DNA of 24,615 bases from a virus (Duplodnaviria; Caudoviricetes): positions 1-24,615 of IMG/VR virus record IMGVR_UViG_3300025138_000338. One strand, 5' to 3'. Under the pieces are notes generated by a model. It did no database searches. It worked only from the letters and a program-made list of their open reading frames with translations, and was not told where the DNA came from. The position numbers were made by a program, and so were the translations under genes. Positions within the stretch are counted from its first letter, which is position 1. Every line of letters begins with the position of its first letter. Below, one piece after another: positions 1 to 10,091 of this stretch.

Positions 1-2
1 AA

Positions 3-1931
3 AGACAACAAGCGGCAATAGCTACACTAAATACTAATGCCCAGATGGACTTAGCAAACTTACAAGCTCTTAATGCGGCAGAAGGACAGAACATGTCCGC
101 AGAGCAACAAGCAAAACTACAGTCTTATAATGCTCAAGTAAATAAAGTAATGCGTCAAGCAGACTTGAATCAGGATATGGAAAAGGCTAACCTTTCTCCT
201 GCTTTACAAGTTGAGATGCAACGTGTATCAGAAATGAATGCGGCGGCAAAAGATACAATGACCGCAGAGCAAACAGAACGTCTTACAAATCTACAAACCC
301 TTATAGACTTCCGTAAGACTGATGCACAATTTGCACAGCAGATGGACTTGGCTAACATGTCCAATGAGCAACAGATTGAACTAGCTGAACTATCAGATAG
401 AGCCGCTACGGATACTGCAAACTTTACAGCCGATAATCAATTTAGATTATCTGAGCTAACTGCTGTAGTACAAAGAAGTACTAGACAAGCAGAGCTTAAC
501 TCTCGTATGGAAGAAGTTAATCTTGATGCAAGTCTTAAAGTAGAATTAGCTGAACTCTCTGAACGTAACACTACGTCTAGAGCTAACATGTCTAGTGAGC
601 AACAAGCACGTTTAACTAACCTACAAAACTTAGTAGACTTTAGAAAAACTAATGCGGCTATGGCTCAACAGATGGACTTAGCTAATCTTAATAATGAACA
701 ACAAATAGAAATAGCAGAGTTAACAGAAAGAAGTTCGGCTGATGCGGCTAACTTTACTGAAGACAACAGAATGAGATTACAAGAACTGAACACAACAGTT
801 CAAGTACTTTCTCAAGAACAAGAGCTTCTACAAAGGGCTGACTTAGCTAAACTAAGTACAAGTGAAAAAGTATCACTAGCTAACCTGACAGAAAAGAACA
901 GGGCTGATAGTGAAACAATGACTGCTCAGAATCAGATTGAGTTAGCTAACCTAAACAAAAAGATGACTGCGGCACAGAACAATGCTAGATTAGCTCAAGA
1001 GCTTGGTCTTGCTGAGTTAAGTAATGAACAACAAGCCGCAATGACTAATGCTCAAGTTACTGCTGGTATGGACATGGCTAACTTTAGTACTGAACAGCAA
1101 ACAACTTTAGCTAACAGTAAGTTTATGCAAACTGTATCTATTGAAAACATGAATGCTGAACAACAATCTATTATGCAAAATGCTACAGCACTAGCACAGA
1201 TGGATTTAGCAAACCTTAGTACACAAGAAAGACTTCAAGTAGAAAATGCTAAAAACTTTTTAACTAGGGATATGGCTAATCTTAGTAACGAGCAACAAGC
1301 TAACATGATGAAAGCACAAAACGAACAACAAAGATTGTTATCAAATCAATCTGCTGAAAACGTAGCTCGTCAATTTAATGCACAGAGTCAAACACAAACT
1401 GACCAGTACATGGCTAACTTATCACAAGCTAATGAACAGTTTAATGCACAACAAATGAATGCAATGACTCAGTTTAATAAACAAGCTTTAAATGTTGCAG
1501 AAGCTCGAAGAGTTGGTAACGAAGCAGAAGCTAACAAACTTGAAGCACAACTTAAAACAGACGTAAGTAAATTTAATGCACAGCAAGACTTTGCAAGAGA
1601 AGAATTTAATACGAAGAACGAAACAGCTATAGCACAATCAAACGTAGCATGGCGTAGACAGGCAAACACGGCAGATACTGCGGCACAGAATGAAGTTAAT
1701 AGGCAGAATGCACAAAATGCATTTGGACTTACAGCCTCTGCTCAAAACTTTTTATGGCAGGAATTACGTGACGAAGCAGACTTTAACTTTAGACGTTGGG
1801 ATAATGAACAGACTAGAAAGACTTCAATATACACTGCGGCTTTAGGTAATGACACAGGTGCTTCTTCAGAAAGTAATTGGAGTAGTAACTTGTCAGCAAT
1901 AGGAACTTTAATAAATGGGTGGTTAGACTAA
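3..1931 (+). CDS. Gln/Asn/Ala-rich hendecad (11-aa) repeat coiled-coil protein, 5'-partial; putative internal virion / DNA-ejection protein
   Basis: The frame is open from position 3, so the true start is probably upstream of the window. About 51 ungapped 11-residue units of the MDLANLSNEQQ type. It lies at the head of a run of large structural-looking genes. The function is inferred. Confidence 0.6.
   Translation, partial: RQQAAIATLNTNAQMDLANLQALNAAEGQNMSAEQQAKLQSYNAQVNKVMRQADLNQDMEKANLSPALQVEMQRVSEMNAAAKDTMTAEQTERLTNLQTLIDFRKTDAQFAQQMDLANMSNEQQIELAELSDRAATDTANFTADNQFRLSELTAVVQRSTRQAELNSRMEEVNLDASLKVELAELSERNTTSRANMSSEQQARLTNLQNLVDFRKTNAAMAQQMDLANLNNEQQIEIAELTERSSADAANFTEDNRMRLQELNTTVQVLSQEQELLQRADLAKLSTSEKVSLANLTEKNRADSETMTAQNQIELANLNKKMTAAQNNARLAQELGLAELSNEQQAAMTNAQVTAGMDMANFSTEQQTTLANSKFMQTVSIENMNAEQQSIMQNATALAQMDLANLSTQERLQVENAKNFLTRDMANLSNEQQANMMKAQNEQQRLLSNQSAENVARQFNAQSQTQTDQYMANLSQANEQFNAQQMNAMTQFNKQALNVAEARRVGNEAEANKLEAQLKTDVSKFNAQQDFAREEFNTKNETAIAQSNVAWRRQANTADTAAQNEVNRQNAQNAFGLTASAQNFLWQELRDEADFNFRRWDNEQTRKTSIYTAALGNDTGASSESNWSSNLSAIGTLINGWLD
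45..1727 (+). repeat. Coding tandem repeat: 33-nt (11-aa) unit with 55-, 110- and 22-aa higher-order periods
   Basis: RLTNLQ.L.DFRKT.A..AQQMDLAN..NEQQIE.AEL begins at nt 279 and again at nt 609, 330 nt apart. The 11-aa register holds without indels from residue 1 to about 561 of the listed ORF. Confidence 0.85.
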
Positions 1932-2896
1932 TGGGATGGTTAAGAAAAAAAGCAAAACAAATCGGTAACGTATTTAAAAAGATAGGAAAAAAACTAAAAA
2001 AAGGTTTAGGCAAAGTTGCTAAAGCTTTTGGTAAGTTAGGACCATTAGGTTCTCTTGCTTTATCTTTTATACTTCCAGGATTAGGTAGTGCCATAGGGGG
2101 CTGGCTATCGGGACCAACCTCTGGTATTTTTGGAACTATTTTTAACGGTATTAAAACTGCGGCAAGTGCTGTAGGAGGTGCTGTAAAAGGTGCATTTGGT
2201 AGTGTTTGGAATACTGTATCAGGTGCTATTGAAGGAGGTCTTAACAAAATAGGTAACGTATTTAGTAAAGGTTCTGACATTGGTACAGGTCTTAAAAATT
2301 GGGTAACTGAAATTGTAACAGGAGAAACTCCTTTAGATGGTGATGTTGCTTCAGGTGCTGTTAAAGGTGGAGATGTTAGTTCTGGTATTGTTCCTGATGG
2401 AGTAGTAGATGTTAGTGACGGATTTGAAATTGTTGACGGTAAAGCTGTAGCTAAAAAAGTAGCTAAAGAAAGTAAAGATAGTATTTTTACAACACTAAAG
2501 AATAAAGATATTTCATTTAAAGAAAGAATTACTTCTAGTAAAGAATATGGTGCTTATAAACCTATTGAAGCTACTCGTAAAGCTGGTGAAATTATGAACC
2601 AAGCAGAAGAAGCACAAAAAGCACAGGAAGCTTTTCTTGCTGAAAGAAAAAGTGATTACTTTAAAGGGCAAGCAGATATACAACAATCTTCTTTAGAACA
2701 GCAAAATTTTTCTAGTAGTCAAGATACACCACAGTTTGTAAACTTTGCAGACTTTAATCCACAACAAGACCCTGCTGGACAATACTTAGCATACAGAGGT
2801 ATTCAAGGTAATATAAATCCAGTAGATGTAGGTGGGTATGGATTTGATTATGAAGCATTTCTTAGAGCACAATTAGGAGGAAGAGGATATGCTTAA
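1931..2896 (+). CDS. Putative internal virion / ejection protein with cationic amphipathic N-terminus and Gly-rich hydrophobic segment (321 aa)
   Basis: Start moved to ATG 1931 (TAATG overlap with the upstream stop). MGWLRKKAKQIGNVFKKIGKKLKKGLGKVAKAFGKLG is followed by LGSLALSFILPGLGSAIGGWL. Confidence 0.6.
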   Translation: MGWLRKKAKQIGNVFKKIGKKLKKGLGKVAKAFGKLGPLGSLALSFILPGLGSAIGGWLSGPTSGIFGTIFNGIKTAASAVGGAVKGAFGSVWNTVSGAIEGGLNKIGNVFSKGSDIGTGLKNWVTEIVTGETPLDGDVASGAVKGGDVSSGIVPDGVVDVSDGFEIVDGKAVAKKVAKESKDSIFTTLKNKDISFKERITSSKEYGAYKPIEATRKAGEIMNQAEEAQKAQEAFLAERKSDYFKGQADIQQSSLEQQNFSSSQDTPQFVNFADFNPQQDPAGQYLAYRGIQGNINPVDVGGYGFDYEAFLRAQLGGRGYA

Positions 2897-3524
2897 TCCA
2901 AACGCAATAGCTAAAGAAGCTGAAGAACATTTATTTGAAGGACCAACAGCAGGTCAATCATTAACTAACAGTCCTGATACCCCATACCCTTGGGAAGGAC
3001 AGCCAGAAATAACATCTGTTAAAGTAGCTACAGAAAAAATATTCTTTGACCTTTTAAAAGAAGACAACCTTACTACTGTTGCAACATTAATGTCTCAAAA
3101 GACTCCAGTTGCAGATATAGCTAACTTATTACTTACAGCAGGTTTCCAGAAAGGTAAGTGGAATCCTGATATGATGTTAAGTCTTTTAGAGCCTACTATG
3201 TATATGTTATTAGCTATTGCAGAAAAAGCAGGTATTAATCCTGTATTAAATCGTGATGATGTAGACGTAGAAGTATTAGAAGAAGATGAAGATGTAGCTA
3301 ATATAGATTTAGAAAATTCTAGAGAGCCATTGCGTAATAGTATTCCAGAAGGTGGTGGATTTAAAGATGCTGTAGTTCAAAAAATAAACCCTGCATCTGT
3401 TGGTGGAAATATTAAAGAACAATTAAAAACTTTAGATAGTACAAAGCTACGAGAAAGTATTTTACAAAAACAAAAACCTGCCTTACAAGAACAACCAAGT
3501 TTATTAGGTAAAACAGGAGTTTAA
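2889..3524 (+). CDS. Hypothetical phage protein in the virion gene block (211 aa)
   Basis: Overlaps the upstream stop and has GGAGG upstream. Contains GQSLT..P..PYPWE, a segment of a kind I associate with phage virion-block proteins; no function recognised. Confidence 0.6.
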   Translation: MLNPNAIAKEAEEHLFEGPTAGQSLTNSPDTPYPWEGQPEITSVKVATEKIFFDLLKEDNLTTVATLMSQKTPVADIANLLLTAGFQKGKWNPDMMLSLLEPTMYMLLAIAEKAGINPVLNRDDVDVEVLEEDEDVANIDLENSREPLRNSIPEGGGFKDAVVQKINPASVGGNIKEQLKTLDSTKLRESILQKQKPALQEQPSLLGKTGV

Positions 3525-3526
3525 AA

Positions 3527-5953
3527 ATGGTATTAGATGATTATTCCAACATGAGTATTGATGAACTTGGCTCATCTTTATTACAGAAAAAAGAAGACGA
3601 TGAACGTAGAGCCGCTAAAAAATCTAGAAAAAATGAAAGAATTCAACAAGCTTTAGGTGTTTTATTGATGGGTCAAGGCATTATGAAAAACCAATATAAA
3701 AAGCGTGTAAAAGAATTAGATGATATGCATAAATTTCAAATTATGGATAATGAAAGTCAGGCTAAAGAACTTGCTATGCATTCTCAACTTACAGGTAAAA
3801 TAGGAAATAAATGGGAAGATAAAGGTGGAGATTTAGAATCAAGATTTAATTCTTTTGAATCTAGTGCTGATTATAGTGGATTTGCACAAGAAGCTAGACC
3901 ATATATTGACCAAAAAATAAAGGCGTTATCTCCTCAAGATTATGCAGACTTGTATGGTACGGCTACTTATGAAAATGCAGTACGATTAGCTACAAAACAA
4001 TTTGCTGAAAATTATTTAAAAACTGATAAAGATGGTGTTTCTTATTATAAAAAACAAGAGCAATTACTTAGAAATATTTTAGACGATAGTGAAGGTAAGG
4101 ATATGGACAGGCTTACTTTATTTACAAGAGGTGCAGGTTTAACAACAGCTTCCTTAACAGCTTATGATAGAAAAAATTATCAAAAAGTTTTAAATGAGTA
4201 TAGGTCTCAAAATAATCTTGTTGGTGGATTTAAAAGAGTAATAGGATTATTTAATGATAAACAAATTAAACAAGGTGGACCTGATTTATTTTCTGCAATG
4301 ACTGAAGATGATTTAGCTGGTCCTTTAATTACTGATATAACACAAGCTTTAAACCTTAAAGGTATGACAAACTCTTTAGGTGCTTCTTTAGATGAAGCTA
4401 AAAAATCTCCTACTGTATGGAGAGAAATGGCAGAAAGGTCTAGTCAATATAAAACTATGCGTGAAAGAACTGCTGATTTTAAAACAGGACCATTAGCTGG
4501 AATGTTAGAAGATATAGAAGATGGTGTTTATCCAAGTGAATTAGGAGGAACTATGACTAATATTAGTGCTTCTAATATAGAAGAATTTTTTGAAGCAATG
4601 AATACTCCTGAAAGGTCAGGACAAAAAGCTGATTTTATTTTTGATACAACTGCACTAGCTATTAGATTATCTAAAGATAAACAATTTAGAGAAGATGTCT
4701 GGAGAAATACTGAAGGCAAGAAAAAAAATGGTAAAAGTTTAGATGAGTTTGAATTTATTTTACAAAACGAAAATGATAGAATTAAATTTTCTGCAATGAT
4801 GGCTATTGATGTAGGTTTTGAAAGAGACACATGGACAAAATATGATGGTGCAAAATATAATTCATACGGAACTTTAGTAGGTATTTATGATACTATGAAG
4901 TTATCACGTGTAGTAGGAGAAGGAGTTTCTGTACAAAACAACGGTAAAATAAAATTAAGTAATACTTATACTAGAATGAAGCCTGAACAAAAGAAACAAG
5001 CTATTGATGATGAAGTAAACTCTATTATTTTAGACCCTAAAAATAACGCAAACTCTATTGCTATAAAATTAAATGGACTATCAAAAGAAATTCAAAAAGT
5101 GTTTGGTCAAAATCTAGAAGAGTACCAACAAAATTTTCAAAAAAGAAATACTCCTCCAACCTCAAAAGAAGAGGCTTTAGAAGAAGCAGGTGCAACTCGA
5201 ACACCTTTACCTTTTGAAGAATATAATCAAAAAAAAAATGAAGAAATTTTAATTACTGAAAATAAAGATACAGTTGCATTTACTGAAAAATTAGGAAATG
5301 CTCTTACAGATACAAGTCAAACAATATCTAAAGGTTCTAAAAAATTAATAAATGAATTAACTTCTTTTTTTGAAATACCTAAAATTAAACGTAATAATAG
5401 TTTATTAGAAAAAGAAGATTTTTTATTAGCTACTGGACCTAATCCTGAAATATTAAAAAAATTAGTTCCTGAAAATATATTAGCTTTTGCTAAATATAAA
5501 TTAGGTAATATGTTTAAAAGTGGTAAAGGTCAAGACATTGATGTTGCTAATTTTGGAACTGAACAAAAAGAAGTTTTAAAAACTGCAATGAAAAATGCTG
5601 TTGAAGATGGTAGAAACTATATAAAATATTCTGATTATCCTAATATGGCAAATGGAAAAAAAGTAATAGAATTTTATAAAGGAGCACGTGCTGATAGAAA
5701 TATTATTGACTTACTTAAAGAATCATTTACTGACCCTGTATTTGAAATGTTTACAACTACAGGTGTTTTTAAATTTGAACAATTAAATAATGGTAAGTTT
5801 AAAATTATAGATGACCTTTATGATTTTGATAAATCTAAATCACGAAAAGAAGACAGAGAAAATCCAAGAGACACTTATGCAAAACTTGTTTATTCTAGTC
5901 AAGATATAAGCGAAAATCAAAAATATAATTTTTATGTTAAAGGAACGATTTAA
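3527..5953 (+). CDS. Putative internal virion protein (808 aa)
   Basis: AGGAG Shine-Dalgarno upstream. Large, helical-looking and charged. Its position just before the largest gene parallels T7 gp15; the call is positional. Confidence 0.55.
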   Translation: MVLDDYSNMSIDELGSSLLQKKEDDERRAAKKSRKNERIQQALGVLLMGQGIMKNQYKKRVKELDDMHKFQIMDNESQAKELAMHSQLTGKIGNKWEDKGGDLESRFNSFESSADYSGFAQEARPYIDQKIKALSPQDYADLYGTATYENAVRLATKQFAENYLKTDKDGVSYYKKQEQLLRNILDDSEGKDMDRLTLFTRGAGLTTASLTAYDRKNYQKVLNEYRSQNNLVGGFKRVIGLFNDKQIKQGGPDLFSAMTEDDLAGPLITDITQALNLKGMTNSLGASLDEAKKSPTVWREMAERSSQYKTMRERTADFKTGPLAGMLEDIEDGVYPSELGGTMTNISASNIEEFFEAMNTPERSGQKADFIFDTTALAIRLSKDKQFREDVWRNTEGKKKNGKSLDEFEFILQNENDRIKFSAMMAIDVGFERDTWTKYDGAKYNSYGTLVGIYDTMKLSRVVGEGVSVQNNGKIKLSNTYTRMKPEQKKQAIDDEVNSIILDPKNNANSIAIKLNGLSKEIQKVFGQNLEEYQQNFQKRNTPPTSKEEALEEAGATRTPLPFEEYNQKKNEEILITENKDTVAFTEKLGNALTDTSQTISKGSKKLINELTSFFEIPKIKRNNSLLEKEDFLLATGPNPEILKKLVPENILAFAKYKLGNMFKSGKGQDIDVANFGTEQKEVLKTAMKNAVEDGRNYIKYSDYPNMANGKKVIEFYKGARADRNIIDLLKESFTDPVFEMFTTTGVFKFEQLNNGKFKIIDDLYDFDKSKSRKEDRENPRDTYAKLVYSSQDISENQKYNFYVKGTI

Positions 5954-8900
5954 TGCCAACAGAATTTGAATTATATATGCAACAACTTAGGCAAGACCAA
6001 GGCATAGAAGACGATGATAATTTTTTATACTCTCCTGATAATGTTTCTCGTGGAGAAATAGAAGGTTATGATTCTTTAGTTGTTGAACCTATTGAACAAA
6101 AAGAAAATTTTGAAATAACTCCAGCAGAATCTACAGGTAAAAAATTTACATTAGGGGAGTTGCGTAATAATAAAGAATTTGATATGCGTTCTGCTAGATT
6201 TTTAAATGGTATAGAAGCAAATGACGACATATTTGAATACCTTAGAGATGCTGATTATAGTTTAAGCTCTGCTATTAGTCGTTCTTTTCAATCAGGAAAA
6301 TGGACTGACGAACAAAAAGAAGATTATGTTTATTTAAAAGATAAATTTGACAATGCAGAAATTGATAGTTTTAAAGAAAGATTTCAGGCATTTACAAATA
6401 TAACAGGCGATATAATACTTGACCCTTTAAATATTGTACCTGCTTTATTTGCAATACCTTCAGGTGGAACATCATTAGGTCTTAGAGGTTCTTTAGGTGT
6501 TGCAGGTCAACAAGCTATAAAACGTCAAATTAAAAGTAAAGTAGGTGAAACAGCCGTTAAAGAAACAGGGAAAGCAATTACTAGAAAGCAAGCCGCTAAA
6601 GAAGTAGCTATTTTTTCAGGTGCTGAAGGCATGGCATGGGGTGGTTTACATAATTACTTTATGCAAGACATTGATATAGATTTAGGATTATCAGAAGATT
6701 TTGATTTAACTCAGTTAGGTGCTAGTACATTGTTAGGTGGTGTAGCAGGTGCGGCTTTTGGTGGCGGTTTAAAATATGCTACTTATAAAGGAGCTAAAAA
6801 ACCTATAACATCTTCAGGTAATAAAGATATTGATGATGTACCAGTTACTGAAATGCCAGAGCCACAACAACAAATGGAATTTAAATTTAGTAACGAAGAT
6901 ATTATTATTGATAGTACTAAAGATAAAAATTTAAGACAAAGAGTATTAGAAAACTTTAATATTGATTCAAAAATTAATTCTTTATCTACTTTTACTAAAG
7001 CAAAAGGTAAGGCTATAGCCAGCACTATAGGTAAACCAACTACTAAATTTTTAGCTTATGTAGATAACTCTCCAAAACTAAAAGAGTTATTAGCTAGAGT
7101 TCGTTATGACTTTGATTCTACAATGGCTAGTAAAGGAGAATTTTTAGTTAAAGCTAAATCTTTTGGATTAGCTGTAGGAGAAAGAACAGGATTATATAAT
7201 TTTGGATTAACTGAAGCGTTAGGGGTTTTAGGTAAAACAGGTATAAGAGCTAGGTTAACAGATAAAGATAATATAGAATTAATAACTTTGTTACGTGATA
7301 AAAATATAGTATCCAAACCTACTAGCGACAAAAATAAAAAGTTTATTGGAGATATGGTAAGAGATGGAGAAGTGACTGCTGAAATGGGCTTTGCTTATGG
7401 TGGACGTATTAATAAAGCAGGTGAAGTTGTTTATGATGGAAAAGGTGGTGTAAGAAATTTATTAGATGATACGTTTCAGGATATTAAAGCTCAAGACTTA
7501 TTTAAAATAAATACAGAAAATTTAGGAGGCTATATGCCTCGTTTGTTTAATTATTCTAAATTAAAGAAGGCTGAAAACAGAAAATTATTTCAAGAAAAAT
7601 TAATTGAATCTGGACATGCTGACCCTATTAATGATAAAGATTTTTTAACTATTGTAATTGAAGATGGAACAAAAGTTAAGGGAATAAAAGAAGATGCTTT
7701 AGGAGTAGACGAAGAAGTTTTTGGTATGGACTTTTTAGAATTAGCAAAAGGTGACATGGTAAAAGCAAGACAATTAAAAGCTCAAAAAATTGTTGATGAT
7801 ATGTTAGAAGAAAGATGGACACCTTTTGAAATAAAAATGGCAAAACAAGAATCTACGACAGGTCAACGTGGCAGTCATTTACAAGCTAGACGTTTTACAA
7901 ATTTAAAAGATAATGAAATTTCTTTTGTATTAGAAAATGATGTACAAACAATACTTGAAAGTTACTTTAGTAATGCCGCTAGGTCTGTAGAAAGAGCTAA
8001 GTTTTTTGGTAGAACTGAAATAGAAATGTTTAATAATTATGTTAAACCTATTAGAGAAGAATTAACAGCTAGTGGTGTAAGTGACGGTGAATCTAAACAA
8101 GTAGCTGATGAAGTGTTCGATATGATGAGGCGTATTACTGGTATTGAAACTGATAGAAGTTCTATATTTAAAAAATATGATAGTCTTAGACATTTTGCAG
8201 ATGGTATGAAAGTTATACAGCAAGTAGCTCATTTGCCTTTAGCTACATTATCAAGTCTTACTGAGCCTTTGCTTTTATTATCTAGAGCAGGAAAAGGTGA
8301 TGGTGTAAATGTAGGAAAAGATATTATGAATGCCTTAAGTAAAGAAGGTAGTGATATAATGTTTAGAACTATTAAAGGTATACGAAGAGCTAAAGGTGAT
8401 ACAATTTCAGATGTAGCCGATGAAAGTTTATTAGGTAAAACATTTAAAAGTAGTATACGAGATGATGAGTGGGCAGAGCTATACCGAACTGGACTAGCTT
8501 TAGAGCAAGCAGTACAAGAAAGACTTGAAGGTTTAGCAGGAGAAGGATTACATTCTGGATTAGCTAAATCAATTCAAAATGGATTCTTTAAAGTTAATTT
8601 GCTTACACAGTGGACAAAAGCAGTACAACTTGCATCTTACACTACAGGTAAAAGATTAATAAGACAAAACGCTGAAAAACTTTCTAAAGGTGGTTTAAGT
8701 AAAAGTGAAACTAAATATTTAAGAGAACAATTAGGTGACTTAGGTATTAATGCTGATGAGGCTGTTGATTGGTATAATGGTTCTTTGCGTGGTGGTAAGT
8801 TTGATGATGAACTAGCTAGAGCAGAAGGTAAACAAGAAAATTTCTTTAATGAAAGTTATACATCAGGAGCTAATAGATTTGTAAAAGAAATTATTCTTAA

Positions 8901-9639
8901 CCCCAGTACTGCGGAAGCTAACAGACCATTGTGGTTTTCTACTCCTGCGGCACAAATGTTAGTACAGTTTGCAGGATATCCTACAGTATTTAATAATACA
9001 ATACTTAAAAGATTTTCAAATGAATCACTTAATAATACTCAACATGCAGGTCCAAAGATAGCAGGTACTGCAATTTTAATGACTGCTGTAGCTCATCAAA
9101 TGAATATTATTAGAAGTGACGGTCAAAATTTAAGAGATTATAAAACTGGTGAAAAAATAAAAGGATGGCAATTAGGAAAAGATGCTGTACGTAGATGGGG
9201 TGGAATGGGTCCATTTGAATATGCACAAAGATATGGAGCAGAATCTGATAGAAATGTAGGGGGACTTACAGCAGGTCTTAAAACTTTTGCAGGTCCAATA
9301 CCTCAAGATTTAATTGATAGTATATTATATAGAAAAGGTTGGCAAGAAATAGTAGCTACTAACTTACCAGGATATTCGTCATATGATTTAATTGCAGGTA
9401 AAGGAACTAAAAAGAAAGTTAGACAAATTGCTAGGCAAATGGCTAAACCTTCTAAACCAGAAGATTTTAAATTACCTGAGTATGCAAGAGGTGGTATAGT
9501 AAATGTACCTAATGCAAAAGACGAACCAGACGAAATGATTAATAGGCAAACAGGATTACCATTTAACGCATCCTCAGAAGCAGTACAAGATTTGGAAGAT
9601 AGAGAGCTTAAGTCTCAAATGGAAGGATTAGGATTATGA
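5953..9639 (+). CDS. Large putative internal virion / ejection protein (1228 aa; positional analogue of T7 gp16)
   Basis: TAATG coupling. Largest ORF in the block, with Gly/Ala-rich hydrophobic segments (DPLNIVPALFAIPSGGTSLG; LGASTLLGGVAGAAFGGG), directly before the lysis genes. Confidence 0.6.
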   Translation: MPTEFELYMQQLRQDQGIEDDDNFLYSPDNVSRGEIEGYDSLVVEPIEQKENFEITPAESTGKKFTLGELRNNKEFDMRSARFLNGIEANDDIFEYLRDADYSLSSAISRSFQSGKWTDEQKEDYVYLKDKFDNAEIDSFKERFQAFTNITGDIILDPLNIVPALFAIPSGGTSLGLRGSLGVAGQQAIKRQIKSKVGETAVKETGKAITRKQAAKEVAIFSGAEGMAWGGLHNYFMQDIDIDLGLSEDFDLTQLGASTLLGGVAGAAFGGGLKYATYKGAKKPITSSGNKDIDDVPVTEMPEPQQQMEFKFSNEDIIIDSTKDKNLRQRVLENFNIDSKINSLSTFTKAKGKAIASTIGKPTTKFLAYVDNSPKLKELLARVRYDFDSTMASKGEFLVKAKSFGLAVGERTGLYNFGLTEALGVLGKTGIRARLTDKDNIELITLLRDKNIVSKPTSDKNKKFIGDMVRDGEVTAEMGFAYGGRINKAGEVVYDGKGGVRNLLDDTFQDIKAQDLFKINTENLGGYMPRLFNYSKLKKAENRKLFQEKLIESGHADPINDKDFLTIVIEDGTKVKGIKEDALGVDEEVFGMDFLELAKGDMVKARQLKAQKIVDDMLEERWTPFEIKMAKQESTTGQRGSHLQARRFTNLKDNEISFVLENDVQTILESYFSNAARSVERAKFFGRTEIEMFNNYVKPIREELTASGVSDGESKQVADEVFDMMRRITGIETDRSSIFKKYDSLRHFADGMKVIQQVAHLPLATLSSLTEPLLLLSRAGKGDGVNVGKDIMNALSKEGSDIMFRTIKGIRRAKGDTISDVADESLLGKTFKSSIRDDEWAELYRTGLALEQAVQERLEGLAGEGLHSGLAKSIQNGFFKVNLLTQWTKAVQLASYTTGKRLIRQNAEKLSKGGLSKSETKYLREQLGDLGINADEAVDWYNGSLRGGKFDDELARAEGKQENFFNESYTSGANRFVKEIILNPSTAEANRPLWFSTPAAQMLVQFAGYPTVFNNTILKRFSNESLNNTQHAGPKIAGTAILMTAVAHQMNIIRSDGQNLRDYKTGEKIKGWQLGKDAVRRWGGMGPFEYAQRYGAESDRNVGGLTAGLKTFAGPIPQDLIDSILYRKGWQEIVATNLPGYSSYDLIAGKGTKKKVRQIARQMAKPSKPEDFKLPEYARGGIVNVPNAKDEPDEMINRQTGLPFNASSEAVQDLEDRELKSQMEGLGL

Positions 9640-10091
9640 ATATACAAGAATGTAAAGAACAGATTAAAAGGCACGAAGGAGAAGTGCTTGAAATATATGA
9701 GGATAGTTTAGGCTATAAAACTTTAGGTGTTGGACACCTTTGTCAGCCGCAAGACCCTGAGTATACATGGGAAGTAGGTACGCCTGTTAAACAAGAAGTA
9801 GTTGACCTATATTACGAAGATGATTTTGATAAACATTATAGAGAAGCAATACATATCTATGGTACTGTACCTTCTTTTAATAGATTACCAGAGCCAATAC
9901 AACATGTGTTAGTTAATATGTGTTTTAATTTAGGTGGCACAAGACTTGCAAAGTTTAAGAATATGTTAAAGGCTTGTAAAGCTGGAGACTGGAATCAAAT
10001 GGCTGTTGAAATGGAAGACAGTCGTTGGTTTAATCAGGTAGGTGGACGTAGTAGAGAATTACAAATGATGGTGATAGGAGTAGGTGAATGA
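9636..10091 (+). CDS. Phage lysozyme / endolysin, T4-lysozyme-like (GH24)
   Basis: HEGEVLEIYEDSLGYKTLGVGH gives the E-x8-D-x5-T triad spacing of T4 lysozyme. Also NMCFNLG..RL.KFKNML and DSRWFNQVG.RS. ATGA coupling. Confidence 0.92.
   Translation: MNIQECKEQIKRHEGEVLEIYEDSLGYKTLGVGHLCQPQDPEYTWEVGTPVKQEVVDLYYEDDFDKHYREAIHIYGTVPSFNRLPEPIQHVLVNMCFNLGGTRLAKFKNMLKACKAGDWNQMAVEMEDSRWFNQVGGRSRELQMMVIGVGE

Noticed and set aside
45-1727. CRISPR array or DNA-level tandem repeat with a 33-nt period
   Set aside because: The periodicity is at protein level with heavy synonymous divergence. There are no identical repeats with unique spacers.
5229-5238. A10 homopolymer as a programmed frameshift or phase-variation site
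   Set aside because: The ORF reads through intact in an AT- and Lys-rich gene, and I found no supporting alternative product or stimulatory structure.
9481-9570. YARGGIV motif near the C-terminus of the largest protein as a shared capsid-targeting or cleavage signal
   Set aside because: Only one clear copy is present among the putative virion proteins here, so a shared signal cannot be supported.
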